Assembly (NCBI GenBank): GCA_051294905.1
Contig: CM119372.1
Location: 1,860,001-1,924,000 of the forward strand
Direction: 5' to 3'
Origin: Botryllus schlosseri
Lineage: Eukaryota
Length of the DNA: 64,000 nt
Position numbers and translations under genes: made by a program
Shown: piece by piece, positions 38,201 through 49,700 of the stretch
Position numbering within the stretch: the first letter of the stretch is position 1
How the letters are laid out: every line of letters starts with the position of its first letter
Notes under the pieces: generated by a model
Databases searched by the model: none
Seen by the model: only the letters and a program-made list of their open reading frames with translations
What the model was told of the DNA's origin: nothing

Positions 38201-41200
38201 CTTGCCAAGACAGGCGTGTCACCACAAATCATATGTATGGGTCGAGCGTGCGTCTTGACCTCCATCGGAGCCATTAAGACTGTCTCGGTGAAACCCTGAG
38301 GATTCCGAGAACCACAGCTCCACACATTCTACATTAATGTGAAATAACAGTAATAAACGAATCATCGCGTACTTGGAATACATTGGTAGTCGAGAGTCAG
38401 ATATTTGCTAGTTCCCGGGCACGGATCGACCCCGAACACTCTGTGATAAACCATCAGCTTGCACTGACGGCGTTCTTGGCATTCTGCTCCGGCTTTCTGA
38501 ATAGAACATGGGGAGTTGAGAACCTGCGCAGCGTACATGCGTCTGTATTCAATAATCATCCAGAAGGGTGGCGTGCAATAGCACAAACAACACCAATGTC
38601 AGATCGTATATAGTCAATTCATACTGTGTGTTTTTCCCCAGTATATTATACATGGGAACGGCGTTTATGCACATTGCACAATCTACATGCCTTTTACGTT
38701 GAAGCAATATGGCCAGTGAATAGTGAATGGGGATGGGGAATCGACCCCTCGATTTCTCCCAACTTGCAAAACCGCATTGGTTCAAGCTGAGTTCAATTAA
38801 TCCGAACGACATAATACTAACTGTTTGTGTCAAACTATATTAGTAAAAAGGAAGCGCGAATTAAGGCGGCGAGCAATACCAGTAATTTCACTAGCATTTA
38901 AACTAGAGCCACCGCCAAAGCAACCACCTCAATAACCGTTACCGCTTCGCAGTTGATGTCTTCCGCAGAATGATTTTCTTCGCTTCCAGTATTGGTCGGA
39001 CATATTTCACTGCTGGGCACCTTTCTTCCGTACATGGCGTGCTGAAAGAAGCAACTCCGATTTACTTTGTACTGAAAGTTTACAGACCTAGCGAGCTTCA
39101 GTATTTGGCACGAATACACCGATATATTCTAGGCTTCTCCTCGTCATCTCATCCTTGTAAGCGGTGTCTTATAAAAGCCTACAGGTGGGCCGTGCTACAG
39201 GTCCGCAGCTACGGAGTGAAATGAAGAAAATTGGCCTGGTGTAAATGACCAATTGACCATAGTAGTCGACAAACACCATCAATACCAAAAACAACAATAA
39301 CCGATTTATTCATCACTTAAAGATATTTCGTTAAGGTACATTTATATAGGGTAACTCTGAAGCACCAAAACGAACAGCGTTATAGCCATTGCTATGCTTG
39401 GCTAATGGACATGAAATAAATTAGAAATACTGACTCAGGACACATGTAAGCTATAAGAAAATAGATCAATATTGCCAGTCTAGCATTCGCATATTTAAGT
39501 TATGACTCCCCACTCTACTACCATATTGTGACGTCCAGAATTTGCCGATATTTTTCTATCTCTAATCAGATCAGGTACGTGGTCATTAATGCCATCGCCA
39601 ATCATGCCTAAGAGGGTGCGTAATTGTGTATATTAGTACTATGTGATAGAGGACTTGAAAACCCTTTTCCGATATTCACAACACGTCGAGATAAGTAGGC
39701 CTTGAATCGGTCCAACTGTTTGCGTTTCAGATTAGGGAACCGCGAGAGAGGTACAATGATGGAAGAGTGTTCAATGCTGTGGGAAAGTTTTAAATCCATC
39801 TCCGAAAGCAAACGGTATTAGTCCCGACGCTTTCGACTAGGCCAACACCATCCCCGTTTTGTGATTACAATTGATGTTGATCAAATATTAGGCAGATTCG
39901 CAATAAGCACGTCAAATCAACCTTGCTCGAAAAGACAGGACCAGCATGAATGAGTTACGATCCGCCACATTCGCATTTGAGGCGATAAAAGCTATCTTGC
40001 AAGGTATGTTTGTAATGGTATCAGGAGCAATATTCCATCAACAATCTCAAAACAGCCATGCAGAGTATGCCAGACTGGACAACTTGAAATTTTTCAGTTT
40101 TCCGAATTAGACTAGAATTTGAACTATAGCTACAGTTTTTTTCTCCAAATATCTGAAAGTTTGCGGATTGATACAACATACAACAATCGGAAATGCCAAT
40201 AAATCTTGCTTTATAGCAGATATGATACAATTATGGATCAAATTGATAATTGGTTTCTCGCTTCAAACAATTTGCAAAATCAGACATGTGCAACGTAGCT
40301 GGTACGTGAATACTGTTCACAAGTTCAAGATTGGGTGAGTAAAAAAAGTTTGAGAATCGCTGATACAGGCTGCGAGGCTGAAATACCAGTTTAAAATCTT
40401 ACGAGGAAAGCCCCCTCTTCTGAACATTACCTCACCACGAGTTTCTAGCGATTCCAATTAGGCAATTAACGTCCAAGAAATAGAGAAGTGCTGACTTCCA
40501 AACTGCGTATCTGCGGCCTTTAATTTAATTGGTCGATGAGTTAGCTGGAACAAAATCTAAAGCCTATCCGACCGAACAGAAATTACTCGCCGATTATTGC
40601 CCTAAAGTTCACGTTCTCATGCCCGTTGGTAATACGATCGATCAAGTTCACAAAAGCGAAGCATTCAATCTCCATTTAACATCACCCAAATAGGTTCGAT
40701 TTGAATGCTTTTGCAAAGCTATGGGTGAAGCTAGCGAGTTGAATTTACGGATTTACGATTAATAGCATTCGCAGCTCTACGCTGATATCATATTGCAAAG
40801 CGTTTATTTACGCGATATACTTTAAGGTCATGTGTACGCTATGTCAAATATGGTAATGTCAACAAACCGCTAGAGCTTGGTGTTTTAACGCAAAACAAGC
40901 ACTCAGATATCAATCAATGCCTTGGCCGCTCGGTCGATGAGCACAACGCTCCAAGATAGCCACCCGGACTATGTATAAATAAGCATTCCATGTTTCCCGG
41001 TCGATAACAATGGTCATTCATCTACTAAATCGACATTCAGTGTGTTTATAGCGATATCTGGATACGTTATACCCGTTTTTATGATATATTCGTAATACTG
41101 AGTTTATACTCACCAAGATATCTATCGAAGTACCTTCGGGACAGTTGATAGTGAGATATTCCATTTCACAGGCAGTTTTCGTAAAATTCTTCATGGCTGT

Positions 41201-44200
41201 CGTAACGTAATCTAAATTCCACAAGAAATCAGTTTAAAACCAAGGTGATGATTAAATTCAAAGCTGCACAATGTTCAACGTATTTATTCAGCAACACGAT
41301 GCATGCGTAGTTAAATAGATAAGATATCGCTTTCGTGATAGCTCTCTTTTATTCCAAATGTTTCTATCCATGTCATCAAACGAGATTCAAATGTGTTCTC
41401 CGTGTGATATGTTACCACCAAGCATATAAATTACAATATCTAACACATTTCACATTGTTCTATTCCAAACGAAAATATGATAGCGGTAATCCACCAAATG
41501 TGGATGGTAAATCACACTAGTTGGTTCACTATGAGAATTAGAGTTACTCTGTAGTAATTTTTGAGAGCTAAAACCTCAAAGTTATGATGGACGGCATAGT
41601 TCTAGCGAGTGGCCTCCCGTGAAGAACAGACCAAGTAAACGTGTTTGTGCAAACATGAGTTACAAAGTTACAAGACTCTCGAGATTCTTATTTCTGTCAA
41701 TATTTGCGACGTAGTATTCGCATGTTAGTGCCATCCAAATAACGGTGGACCGATTCTTGGTCAATGCCGTGAGAATGTAACTCGAAACGTTGCCATAATT
41801 CGCCCGCAGTAATCAGTAGCCAACGAATAACGGCTTACACTTATGGTACAACAATGAACAAGTGCACCTTGCAAACCATTCCTATTCAGCGACTTCTTCA
41901 AGAATAACACCTGTTTATATGGTGTCCAATAGGAGCAGTAGATGGTTACCGACGTCCGACGACATGGACCAGACTAGCCAGCTTGTAATCGTTCGGTCTT
42001 TCAATGAGCATGGGCATGGGCATATAAATGGCATGTTAATACCAGTCTCAAGATAACTGACTCTCGAAAAGTCGGGGACTTCAGCAAACGAAGCAATGCC
42101 GATTTGAACTGTCGGCTCTTTTGTGGTGACGAAATAGTAAAATTATTTCAAAGACTCCTCTATTTCGTCATGGGATTGTGATGTCTGGAGTGTGGATTGA
42201 CAATCTTCCCAGTTGATGTGACCGCCCCACTTTTATTTCAAAGACTTCACAAGAAACGTGACCGTGACAACAGAACTAACATGATGGATATGGATAAAGG
42301 ATACTCTCTTGGTTAGGGCGTCTAATCTATCATCAGACTGACGGGTAAGTCACCGGCAGTTCACAGTTCAGATCAGTTTATATAACATTTCATAATTTCT
42401 AAACACCGCAAGATTACGATGGATTGGAAGGAGTCGAAACGACTTGAAGTAGTCTTACAATCAAACGCTCACCTTGGCATAGAACATGCAAACAATACAC
42501 GCTGAATTAAAAGTAACAGGAAAATGACATAGAAGGGAGAAGTGACAATGTAGTTGCATGTGTCTGTAAAAGACACAAATATGTCAGATCGTGGTCCGGT
42601 AATCTCGAGCTCTGACTAGTATTCTTTCAGATTTACCTGCTTGACTACTTGTATTTGGACTTCAATATCGACTAGAACTAGGACATGTTCGATGACTGCC
42701 TAATTGCCAGCGGACTGCGGCACCAGAGCCGTGGAACATGAGGTTGAATAATTGCGACTGGATGTATCAAATAGCTATTAAGTACAATGTACAAACTTAT
42801 GTAGTTCGTTGACGGTAAACTAGCCACTGGTTTTGGAGTAGTTCTAGTTCTATTCTTGCGCAATAAAGAAATGACTAGCCGAACGACTAGAAAACAAGTG
42901 TCGTCCTTTGGCGTGAATCGTGATACCGGCGTTCTGTTGCGTGATGTGCTAGCGGCCATTGCTAGCTCAGCAGACTCATTATTACTACAGTGGCGTATAG
43001 CCAAGAGGGTTGGGGGTCGAAACACCTCCCATTTCAAACTCGAAACCCAGTCATTTTGAAATACAGATTCTGTTCAGGTGGAAAGTCAATCTGATTCCGA
43101 TAAATAATGAATTATTGAGTTGCTGAGTTGCTTCGGAATGGAATCAAGATAGTTGTGTTCTAGTTACATGGCGGCGGATTTCTACGATTGTTAGGTGATA
43201 ATTCTACCTTTAGCTCTAGTTGCGAGTTCTTAAAATTGAGCAGTTCCAGTTCTAGTTCCAGTTGCGCATTTAGAAAATACGGTAACGCGTACAAGTCTGA
43301 TTACAGAAAACTTGACAAGACGTTGTTAGGGAAACAGTGCTTCGTTCTGCATAATGATGTTAAAACTCAAGTCAAGCCACCATAAACGCGTGACTCAGCC
43401 TTCCGCGCGATAACAGCTCTAATGACGCGACGCAAGAAAATGTACCTAACTTTTCAAACCCGAATATTTTATACCTTACTCATAAAGAGCCCGCGAAGTA
43501 GGCGACCGGGGGTCAGCCCGAGTTCGGAATGTCGCCGACAAAACGTTCACAGCGTTACGGCGATTGTCAAGAAAATTGCCGGTTGACTCATTCAAAGTGC
43601 AACCGCAGAGCGAAAATATGCTGCAAAACTTCGGGACACAGGGATTGTGTCAAATGAATATAAGGTCTACACAAGAAATTAATCCCAGATGATTGCGATC
43701 AAATGATAATATAGGACCGGGGCCTACGACACTTGATAAGTATCGCAGGCCCCGATAGGACGAAATAGACTGGTCGCAGTCTTTCAAACAGACACCCACA
43801 TTGTCATAGAAGATGGAAATAAGACATGCTCATAATATTAAAAATAACAGAAGATGACATCAAAAAGACCAGGGATAAAAATGTGTCGATATGCGAAAGA
43901 TATATGTCAGATCGTGGTCCGGCAATCTCGAACGCAGGCCAGTGTTCATTCAGTAACATATGCTTGCATTATGACTTAAATGTGGGCAATTGGACAGACA
44001 GTGGACACTGGAGTGGACACGATCGGCGACTGTTTGATTGCCTGTTGTTGAATGAAAGTCGGACTTTGGAATTATGAATCGTGCCCAAATAAACCGAAGT
44101 CACGCTGTCAATTCTAGTTCTAGTTCTGGTTGTGGTTGTGGTTGCGGATTTTGAAAATTAAGTACCGATAGCTCTGGTTCTAGTAGTGCCTTAAAAAAAT

Positions 44201-46018
44201 TAGCTGCCGTGCAACATGAAAACACGTATCGTTGTTCGGTGTGAATGTTGATGCCAGTGTTCTGTTGTGTGGCGTTCTTGAAGTCATTGTTAGCTAGGAG
44301 TCATCATTACTAACAGTGGGGCAGCCCCAGGGGTGAGTTTGGGGGTCGAATCGAAAACATTTCAAATCTAAGAGCCCGTCGATAAGTCAGGGAGATGCTT
44401 CGGTATTGAATCTAGCGAGTTGTGTTTAGTTTAGTTAGGCCGTTAGTGTTTCAGTAGTTCTAGTTATAGTTGCGCGTTTTGAAAATCGAGTAGTTTGTAT
44501 AAGTTTGGTGATGAAATACAGTTGTGTTCAAGTTTAGTTAGGCCGTTAGTTCTAGCTCTAGTTTGAACACTGAGTAGATCTAGTTCTAGTTGCGCTTCTT
44601 GAAAATCGATTAGTTCGTACAAGTTTGGTAATAAAATTCTCGCAAGAATTCGATTGAATTTGCCATTGGTAATGCAAGCTACGGTAATGTTGGACTAATA
44701 GACTTGTTTAGGCTAACGCTAAGCCTCGCGTTTTCAGAGTGTACGAAGCAACGCAATATATTGAACCGCTCACGCCAATCTCTCAGCAAGACTATTGTTT
44801 ACGAAATGATGTTCAGATGTCCCGCATTCGCGCTATTGACGCGCCCTGCGTGGGGTCCGCGTTCCATCAAAATTAAGAGCATCTCCAACACGAAAACACG
44901 GCGTGACTCCGTCGATAGGCAAGGATGAAGCGTATTAGGAAAAATAAATACCACAGTAATCGATTCCTGGAATGCGCAACCATTGCACACTGTGAGGATT
45001 GCGATGAAACAGCTCCGAATATTGCGATAAGGAATGGAAAACATTTCAACGACTTGAGTCAATTCAATTTCAGTAATTAGAACAAATACTCCCTCTATCA
45101 TCGAAAACACAATCCACGAGATTACGATACTCCAGTTGAAATTGTTTGAACTATACACGTATGGTTACAAGCTAAGCTACCCGCGATGCTGTATTACGAT
45201 AAAATAAAGTTTAAACCCAAACACTTGCAGTGAACCTCGATTGGTCCTATCGCAGCACACGAAATAGTACAAAGCTAGAAGCTACGCAGGTTTGTGGAGA
45301 TTTACACATGTGTGATCAACCCACCACAGCCTTGTCAGATAGTGTAATGAAATAGGCATGGTCAAAAAATACCAAATAATATTTAATGTGATATAAAACT
45401 GGCATCATATCATTTTTGGTCGAAAAAGGTACATATTTGAACTTAACAAGCACTGCTGTGGCATCAAAACGAATGATACTGGAATACTAGAGTCGAAGCC
45501 TCACACTGGATTCGAAATAAAATCACTCGGGCAACAGTGCCATCACGAATGGGTCGATATGAAATCCTTGAAAACACCCAGGACCACACACACCATCTTA
45601 TCGCACAATTTGCTCAACCGATCTGTGGACAATGTTTGGAAGATTTTATCGGTACTCTAAAAAGCAAACTTGTTTAGCACGTCTATTGTTATCTGTACTT
45701 ACGTTGGTAGTAATCCGCAGTGACTGGTGCCGGTGACATCATAATGAATACTAATATGACGAGATAGTATATCCCACACTTTAGTAATCCGAGGTTACAG
45801 TCGCGTAATCCGTACAAATTGCCATTTTTTGGAGACTCCAGAGGTAATTTTATGTACGATAGAAATATCCTTTCATGGTCGCATACTATGGACTTGGATT
45901 TGCGTTTCAGGTCGTGTAAATTGGAGCTATTTTGCTGACCATAAACCGGCGATTCACCGGTTGTGCAACGCAGATGTTGCGACGTCTTTGCATGTTCGTC
46001 GACCTTGATTATCCTCAT
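4089..46018 (-). CDS. EVA1C: EVA1C-like (eva-1 homolog C / FAM176C-like) type I membrane protein with two SUEL lectin domains; 10 coding exons, ~954 aa
   Basis: Manual exon chain with GT-AG sites and matching phases: 46018-45703, 41211-41114, 39041-38928, 38496-38373, 36962-36831, 35817-35692, 8835-8656, 7215-6976, 6302-6085, 5405-4089 (2865 nt, 955 codons including stop). SUEL motifs ACE..LTINCP, AMYGRK and FGVDPCPGTSKYL..YQC, then CVP, stalk, TM and tail. Domain order matches vertebrate EVA1C as recalled. Confidence 0.88.
6085..6302 (-). CDS. EVA1C: EVA1C-like exon 9, transmembrane helix (DNHHDIIIAMLLGIIASLLLTICFLVYHRE...) and acidic juxtamembrane segment
   Basis: ccttcag| acceptor, GAG|GTGCGG donor; ~20-aa hydrophobic helix followed by a basic/acidic stretch. 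Confidence 0.87.
6976..7215 (-). CDS. EVA1C: EVA1C-like exon 8 (KSATNATPVTSL...CVNCTESYLDRDFVAMLRLFTFLE)
   Basis: tcctcag| acceptor, G|GTAAGT donor, 240 nt, phase 1-1, open frame, GC-rich codon usage. Confidence 0.8.
8341..8374 (-). ncRNA. Minimal type I hammerhead ribozyme (family B)
   Basis: ACCC CTGACGA GTGTCGGCC GAAA ATAG TC GGTT; core intact, helix I and palindrome weakened. Confidence 0.62.
8656..8835 (-). CDS. EVA1C: EVA1C-like exon 7 (VPSFLLTSEVPTHERLRTTTVPETTSLPTTSVAVTTTTEES...), mucin-like stalk
   Basis: cttccag| acceptor, |GTGAGT donor, 180 nt, phase 1-1; joins exon 6 to give C-VP, as after the second lectin domain of EVA1C. Confidence 0.8.
10394..10430 (-). ncRNA. Type I hammerhead ribozyme of a second family (Penelope-like pLTR remnant)
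   Basis: ACAC CTGATGA A GGAGC-GGC-GCTCC GAAA GC TC GTGT: helix I ACAC/GTGT, 5-bp helix II, palindromic AGCT helix III. Confidence 0.85.
11164..11195. repeat. (AG)n microsatellite, ~16 units
   Basis: Direct reading. Confidence 0.95.
12556..13083 (-). mobile_element. hAT (Tip100-like) transposon relic: terminus plus transposase fragment
   Basis: Terminus CAGGGTTGTCATACCGTCCTTATTT (13083 inward) with repeated AAATAAGGAC motifs; frameshifted peptide IFPDSNIA / FASVRTKTTSIVTGGLAPY / ILSELG..SFPILVDASNHSEVKKF typical of hAT transposases. Confidence 0.72.
17896..18165. repeat. Degenerate minisatellite (~36-40 bp unit AGTAGTTCTAGTTCTAGTTGCGTATTTTGAAAAGTG)
   Basis: About 7 imperfect units; the same unit recurs at ~43200-43300, 44100-44190, 44440-44640 and inverted at ~46600-46680. 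Confidence 0.8.
19104..19502. mobile_element. MITE related to 1820-2242
   Basis: TAGGGCTGTTCAAAAAT ... TTTCGAACAACCCGA termini; TSD not clear. Confidence 0.7.
19622..19655 (-). ncRNA. Minimal type I hammerhead ribozyme (family B)
   Basis: ACAC CTGACGA GCGTCAGCC GAAA ATAT TC GGGT; core intact, one helix I mismatch. Confidence 0.72.
22826..23454. mobile_element. hAT/Charlie-like MITE
   Basis: CAGTGGTTCTCGACC ... GGTTGAGAACCGCTG TIRs with subterminal CCGGTCCG motifs; related end at ~7859-7900. Confidence 0.7.
24631..24810 (+). mobile_element. tRNA-derived SINE head and body
   Basis: A-box TAGCGTAATGG (24640-50), B-box-like GGGTTCAATCTCC (~24684-96), then GGGTCAGACCAAAGAC..CCTTGGCGCTTAGTATTA; not a foldable tRNA. 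Confidence 0.65.
25880..26271. mobile_element. MITE of the same group with ~55-bp TIRs
   Basis: TAGGGGTGTTCAAAAATGACTTTTT..CTCAAATTGTACTGGCT mirrored at the right end. Confidence 0.85.
27040..27360. repeat. Degenerate minisatellite (~40-45 bp unit CTAATTTGGAAAAACTGTGTAGCTACTAGCTATAATTCTAATT) expanded inside a family A copy
   Basis: About 6-7 imperfect tandem units visible. Confidence 0.75.
27880..27913 (-). ncRNA. Minimal type I hammerhead ribozyme, best-preserved copy of repeat family B
   Basis: Minus strand reads ACCC CTGACGA GTGTCAGCC GAAA ATAT TC GGGT: helix I ACCC/GGGT, CUGANGA core, G..C helix II closure, GAAA, palindromic AATATT helix III, UC cleavage site. Confidence 0.82.
28039..28068 (+). 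ncRNA. Hammerhead core (family B) lacking the 5' strand of helix I
   Basis: CTGACGA GTGTCAGCC GAAA ATAT TC GGGT; the copy is 5'-truncated exactly at the core. Confidence 0.55.
32506..32700 (+). pseudogene. Harbinger transposase remnant, internally deleted (N-terminus fused to putative C-terminus)
   Basis: MDPY...RLPRRLVKDRANPLEY resembles the Harbinger/HARBI1-type N-terminal R..RDR.NP motif; RRQIVQNHF resembles the C-terminus; no DDE domain. Confidence 0.62.
32792..33089. mobile_element. Family A MITE (AATTAGATTAGAATT-rich) nested in the Harbinger element; at least 15 copies or fragments in the window
   Basis: Termini CAGAATTGGACAACTAG / CTAGTTGTCCAAGTCTG. Other copies ~1-330, 6370-6660, 7295-7600, 10455-10610, 20735-21130, 21870-22110, 24040-24155, 26390-26450, 27040-27360, 29850-30120, 30590-30685, 40075-40180, 56590-57065, 57625-58020, 61100-61500. 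Confidence 0.8.
33125..34860 (-). pseudogene. Harbinger Myb/SANT-like DNA-binding protein gene, frameshifted, with introns
   Basis: Across frameshifts: RTENCNRQEKFRIIELIEEY..EDKKTDGIT / ISKKYAAMN / QLQNVLKTLKRKAKK..RRVERAKTG. Downstream GT-AG exons at ~33690-33776, ~33428-33518 and ~33125-33367 end LEMAKEQHDIRMKYFELQM. Confidence 0.8.
35692..35817 (-). CDS. EVA1C: EVA1C-like exon 6 (ETTCNKSDIFDQVSRKCHFKSRCMYSVPKISCFNSVRIKHTC), SUEL domain 2 second half
   Basis: ttttcag| acceptor, |GTGAGT donor, 126 nt, phase 1-1; C..C..C..C..C pattern. Confidence 0.87.
36831..36962 (-). CDS. EVA1C: EVA1C-like exon 5 (KIFEEKKSCSDKITRLRCRRDTVIAVYQVEPTTDKRCRPKRNSS), SUEL domain 2 first half
   Basis: tttttcag| acceptor, |GTGAGA donor, 132 nt, phase 1-1; Cys spacing of SUEL. 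Confidence 0.85.
37490..37765 (-). mobile_element. Partial Tip100-like hAT MITE
   Basis: Terminus TAGGGTTACCATATTTT..AAATAGGACAG with repeated TGTCCTC motifs; the other end is missing. Confidence 0.55.
38373..38496 (-). CDS. EVA1C: EVA1C-like exon 4 (KAGAECQERRQCKLMVYHRVFGVDPCPGTSKYLTLDYQCIP)
   Basis: attcag| acceptor, |GTACGC donor; canonical DPC and KYL SUEL motifs. Confidence 0.95.
38928..39041 (-). CDS. EVA1C: EVA1C-like exon 3 (HAMYGRKVPSSEICPTNTGSEENHSAEDINCEAVTVIE)
   Basis: tttcag| acceptor, YGR motif, 114 nt, phase 0-0. Confidence 0.9.
41114..41211 (-). CDS. EVA1C: EVA1C-like exon 2 (YVTTAMKNFTKTACEMEYLTINCPEGTSIDIL), start of SUEL domain 1
   Basis: tttag| acceptor, |GTGAGT donor, 98 nt, SUEL N-terminal pattern. 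Confidence 0.92.
45703..46018 (-). CDS. EVA1C: EVA1C-like exon 1 (signal peptide ...GIYYLVILVFIMMSPAPVTA-DYYQ)
   Basis: ATG at 46018; hydrophobic stretch; strong donor C|GTAAGT at 45703, phase 1, matching exon 2. The 5' boundary is less certain. Confidence 0.7.
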
Positions 46019-46789
46019 GTCACCATCTGTGACTTTTATTACGCGACACGGATATGCAATTCAACACGGACTAATCATAATACTGGAATGTTAAAGGCAA
46101 CATATGTTACGGTCAGACTTATTCGAACTGCTGGACTTTCAAAATGCGCTACAAGAAATAGAACTGCTTCTTAGAGGTATAGAACATCAATCTACAGTTG
46201 AAGATTATATTAATACTGAAATAAACCTGAATAATAATTCATTCTGACACTCGTCAGGGGTAATTCTCAGCAACCAGTACAGAATTGGACGGAACACTGT
46301 ATAATCGACCAAAAACTATTGAACCAACGACGTTTATAAATCCTCATCCAACTAACTAAGCACAACTAACTAATACGAATGACTGATTTCCAAATGATAG
46401 GCGTTTCAAACGGATGGGTTTCAGAGTTTGAAATGGGAGGCGTTTCGACCCAAAAAACCCACCCCTGATTATACGCTATACTGTTCGTAGTCACGACTCT
46501 GAGCTAGAAATGGCCCTAAGAACATGACACAGTAGCACACCGGTGTCATGATTCACGTCAAACGACGACACGCGTTTTCTAGTTGTTAAAATGTTCAGCA
46601 ACTATTTTTTATAAATGCGCAACTAGAACTAAAACTAAAGCTACACGCTTTTCTTTTCAAATCTCGCAACCTATAACTTCAGAAAACGCATTGCTCTATC
46701 AAGTATGCCGGCCATAATTGTGGAACAGCATATCGCCGACTATCCGACATTCGTCTAGCATGACAAGTCGAAATACAAGCAATTTCTTC

Positions 46790-49700
46790 TAAATGAGTAC
46801 TATAGTCAGCCTTCAGGATTACCAGACCACGACCCAACATATCGATCTCGCCTTCTGCCACATGCCACCTTGTTTTGTCGCTTGCATTTTACATTATCTG
46901 CTTTACTTTCATTCAGTGTGCAATGTGCATGTCTCTTCTCTACTTCGCCTAGGCAAAGACTACTCCAAGTCGTTTTGACACCTTCCTATCTTTTCATCGT
47001 ATCGCAGTTTTGTGGTGTTTTGAAATGAAAATGTTTTACTCAAAAGAACATTAGTCAGTCGACAGTCAACAAACTAGAGCCAAGACAGATTTGAAGCAGA
47101 GGTGGAACAGAGCATGCGATTATTACAGCCCAGACGAACCGCGACGCTTGAAAACACTCAATACTGACAAGAGACCGCGGATCTGGACAACGGTCAAGGA
47201 GGAAACTACAGAAGACACTCGAAAATTGTAATTTCAGAGAGAGACACCAAGTCTGCTTGTAGTCGTATTGTATAACACGCTTTCACCGGCATGTAGAGAA
47301 ATATCTTCATAGATATCGAGATCTACTGCAATTCCGTGGCATTGCATTGGCGTGCCACTCTTCACAATAAACCATATTACAAATGTACCCTCCAATGTGA
47401 AATCCGATGATGAAGATGCCCACACTGTTCGGAGGCAGCTACAAAACTTCAATGCACACTCGAATAATGTATTCATATTGGAATAAACCCGGATATTTTC
47501 GGCTGACACTCGACAGGGGTAATCGTCAATTCATACCGATTACACCCGTGGTTTTATTTTAATCTGAATGAATACATCATTAAATCCTGCACTGTTCTCG
47601 GATTGCCTTCGATTCACGCGTAGCGGAGACCAGTGGTAGCAGGAAAGTTCCAACCTGACCTTGACGACAAACTCCTATGTGGTAATGACACAAGAAGGAT
47701 GTGTTGCATCATGACCAGCAGACTGACACGCGCCTCGCTGATTAGTGATTAATCTTTGTAACTGTCTGCCTAAGCCTAGCAACTCATCCCAATTCTCTGC
47801 TAGTTGCTGACGATTACCCCTGACAAGTGTCAACCAAAATATTCGGGTTTATTCCAATATGAATAATGAATATATCATTCAATTGTATATTGAAATTCAG
47901 TGCCTAGCTATTCGAAACGAGCTAGTAAAAGACATGCATAAATAGTTAGAACATTCGACCAGTAAGGAACATTTGGATGTGGCGCCAAAACATCACCAGG
48001 AGGCGTGGAAACGGTCTACAGATTATAGTAGCGACACCCGCATATGAACTGCCTGCGGGGGTGTAGCTGGCGATCGAACCACATAATTGACGTATCCGAT
48101 CTACGAAATTGATGGGAACGATAACCTTCGTCGAAGGAGCAGAACACCGGCTTTATGACGCCGTCAAGTGCAATACACGAAAGTGAAGATAAAGACTGAT
48201 GCAGGACACGCGGTTTTACAGCACCGACCGGTTGTGAAAATGGCTGCGCACAGCCCTACGCTGTAGCCCGTCGTACGCACCGGGACACAGTATTTACCGA
48301 GATACTCTTGGAGGTACGGAACTTCAATATACAACTGAATAGTAGGCTATATTCATGTTGAAGCAAACGCGAATACTTTCGTCTGGCACTCGCCAGGTGC
48401 AATCGTCAGTAACTTGAAGAGAATTCAAAATTTCAATATGAATATACTATTCAATTGTATATTGAAGTTCTGTACCTACAAGAAGCTCTTCAAAATAGCT
48501 TTGTATATCAACAATCGTGTCACCGACGACTGTTGAAGTTGATATACGAAGTTCCTTTGAAGTCTCCTATCGCGCGGGTGTCAGCCGATCAGATTCATGC
48601 TTGTTACCATTTCGATATGAATAGGCCTATATTATGCAATTGTAGATATCCTGCGGTGGATGGGGTGCTCTGAGATCGCCTGATAACTCGGCAGTGTCGT
48701 CGGTGGAGGCATCCCGAACACACCATAACACATTCCGATCGCGCATTGTCAACTGAGGCATGTTTATTACGGGCAGACTAGAATTAGTTCGGAGAAGCCA
48801 GATCTAAACTATCCCGAACTTCGTCAGTTACACGACTACCCACGACTTTATTTGGACAACATCAACCATAACTTTGTAATCTGTTTGTTTTGAATGCAAT
48901 GCATGTCAACTCTATCTGATAAAACATAATCCTTTAAATTCAACTATCCTCAAAACTGTACACTACATCACGTTGAAACACGCGACGTATCTTTAGAGCT
49001 GTATGCTGCATCTCATCCTCAGCAAACTATACTTGTGCTGTGTGCGAAGGAAACAGTTCGGCAAATGCGGAACGACTTTTGACCGCATGGGTGGTGTTCC
49101 AAAACCGGCGTACATTCGAATGCGTTAGGCATCGGCACTAGCATTGCGTCATCGCGGTTGATGGTGATAAATTCAACCAATAGAGTGCTTCAATAGCGTC
49201 AGTTATACCACCCGCAGTGAAAAGTCGAGGAACTAATTAAGCATCACTTACGCATATTGGTGCATTGTCATTTATAAACTTTTCTGAAGTGCGAGTGTCA
49301 GTTACAGACTATACAATATGCATCACTGCGAAAAGGTGTTTACTCTAGCCTAGCCTAGTCTGGTCTATTCTATTTCGCGTGAGCGGCGTCTTAAAAAGCC
49401 TAGAAATGAGCCGTGCTACAAGTCGGCAGATACGGAATCATATTAAAGAATATCGGCCTGTTGTAAATGACCATTGCAGTCGAAAACACCTTGAAAAGTC
49501 ACAAAACAATCTAGTTTAGGCAGCGTTCGACAGTTAACGAGCATGTCGATTGTCCAATGTCCATGTCCACATTGAAGTCGAAATACGAACGATTTCTACT
49601 GACGCAATACTAGTCAGCTCTCGGTCTTACCGGACCTCGACCTGACGTATCGATCTCGCCTTCCGTCACATGCCAATTCATTTTGTCGCTTGTTTTTTTT

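Noticed and set aside
39818-39850. GAAAGCGTC 3' half of a hammerhead on the minus strand
   Set aside because: No CUGANGA box or helix I partner upstream
47040-47440. Coding-like frames (DLKQRWNRACDYYSPDE...; FTLEGTFVIWFIVKSG...)
   Set aside because: Short, stop-bounded, no domain recognised; the listed ORF begins inside a family B repeat
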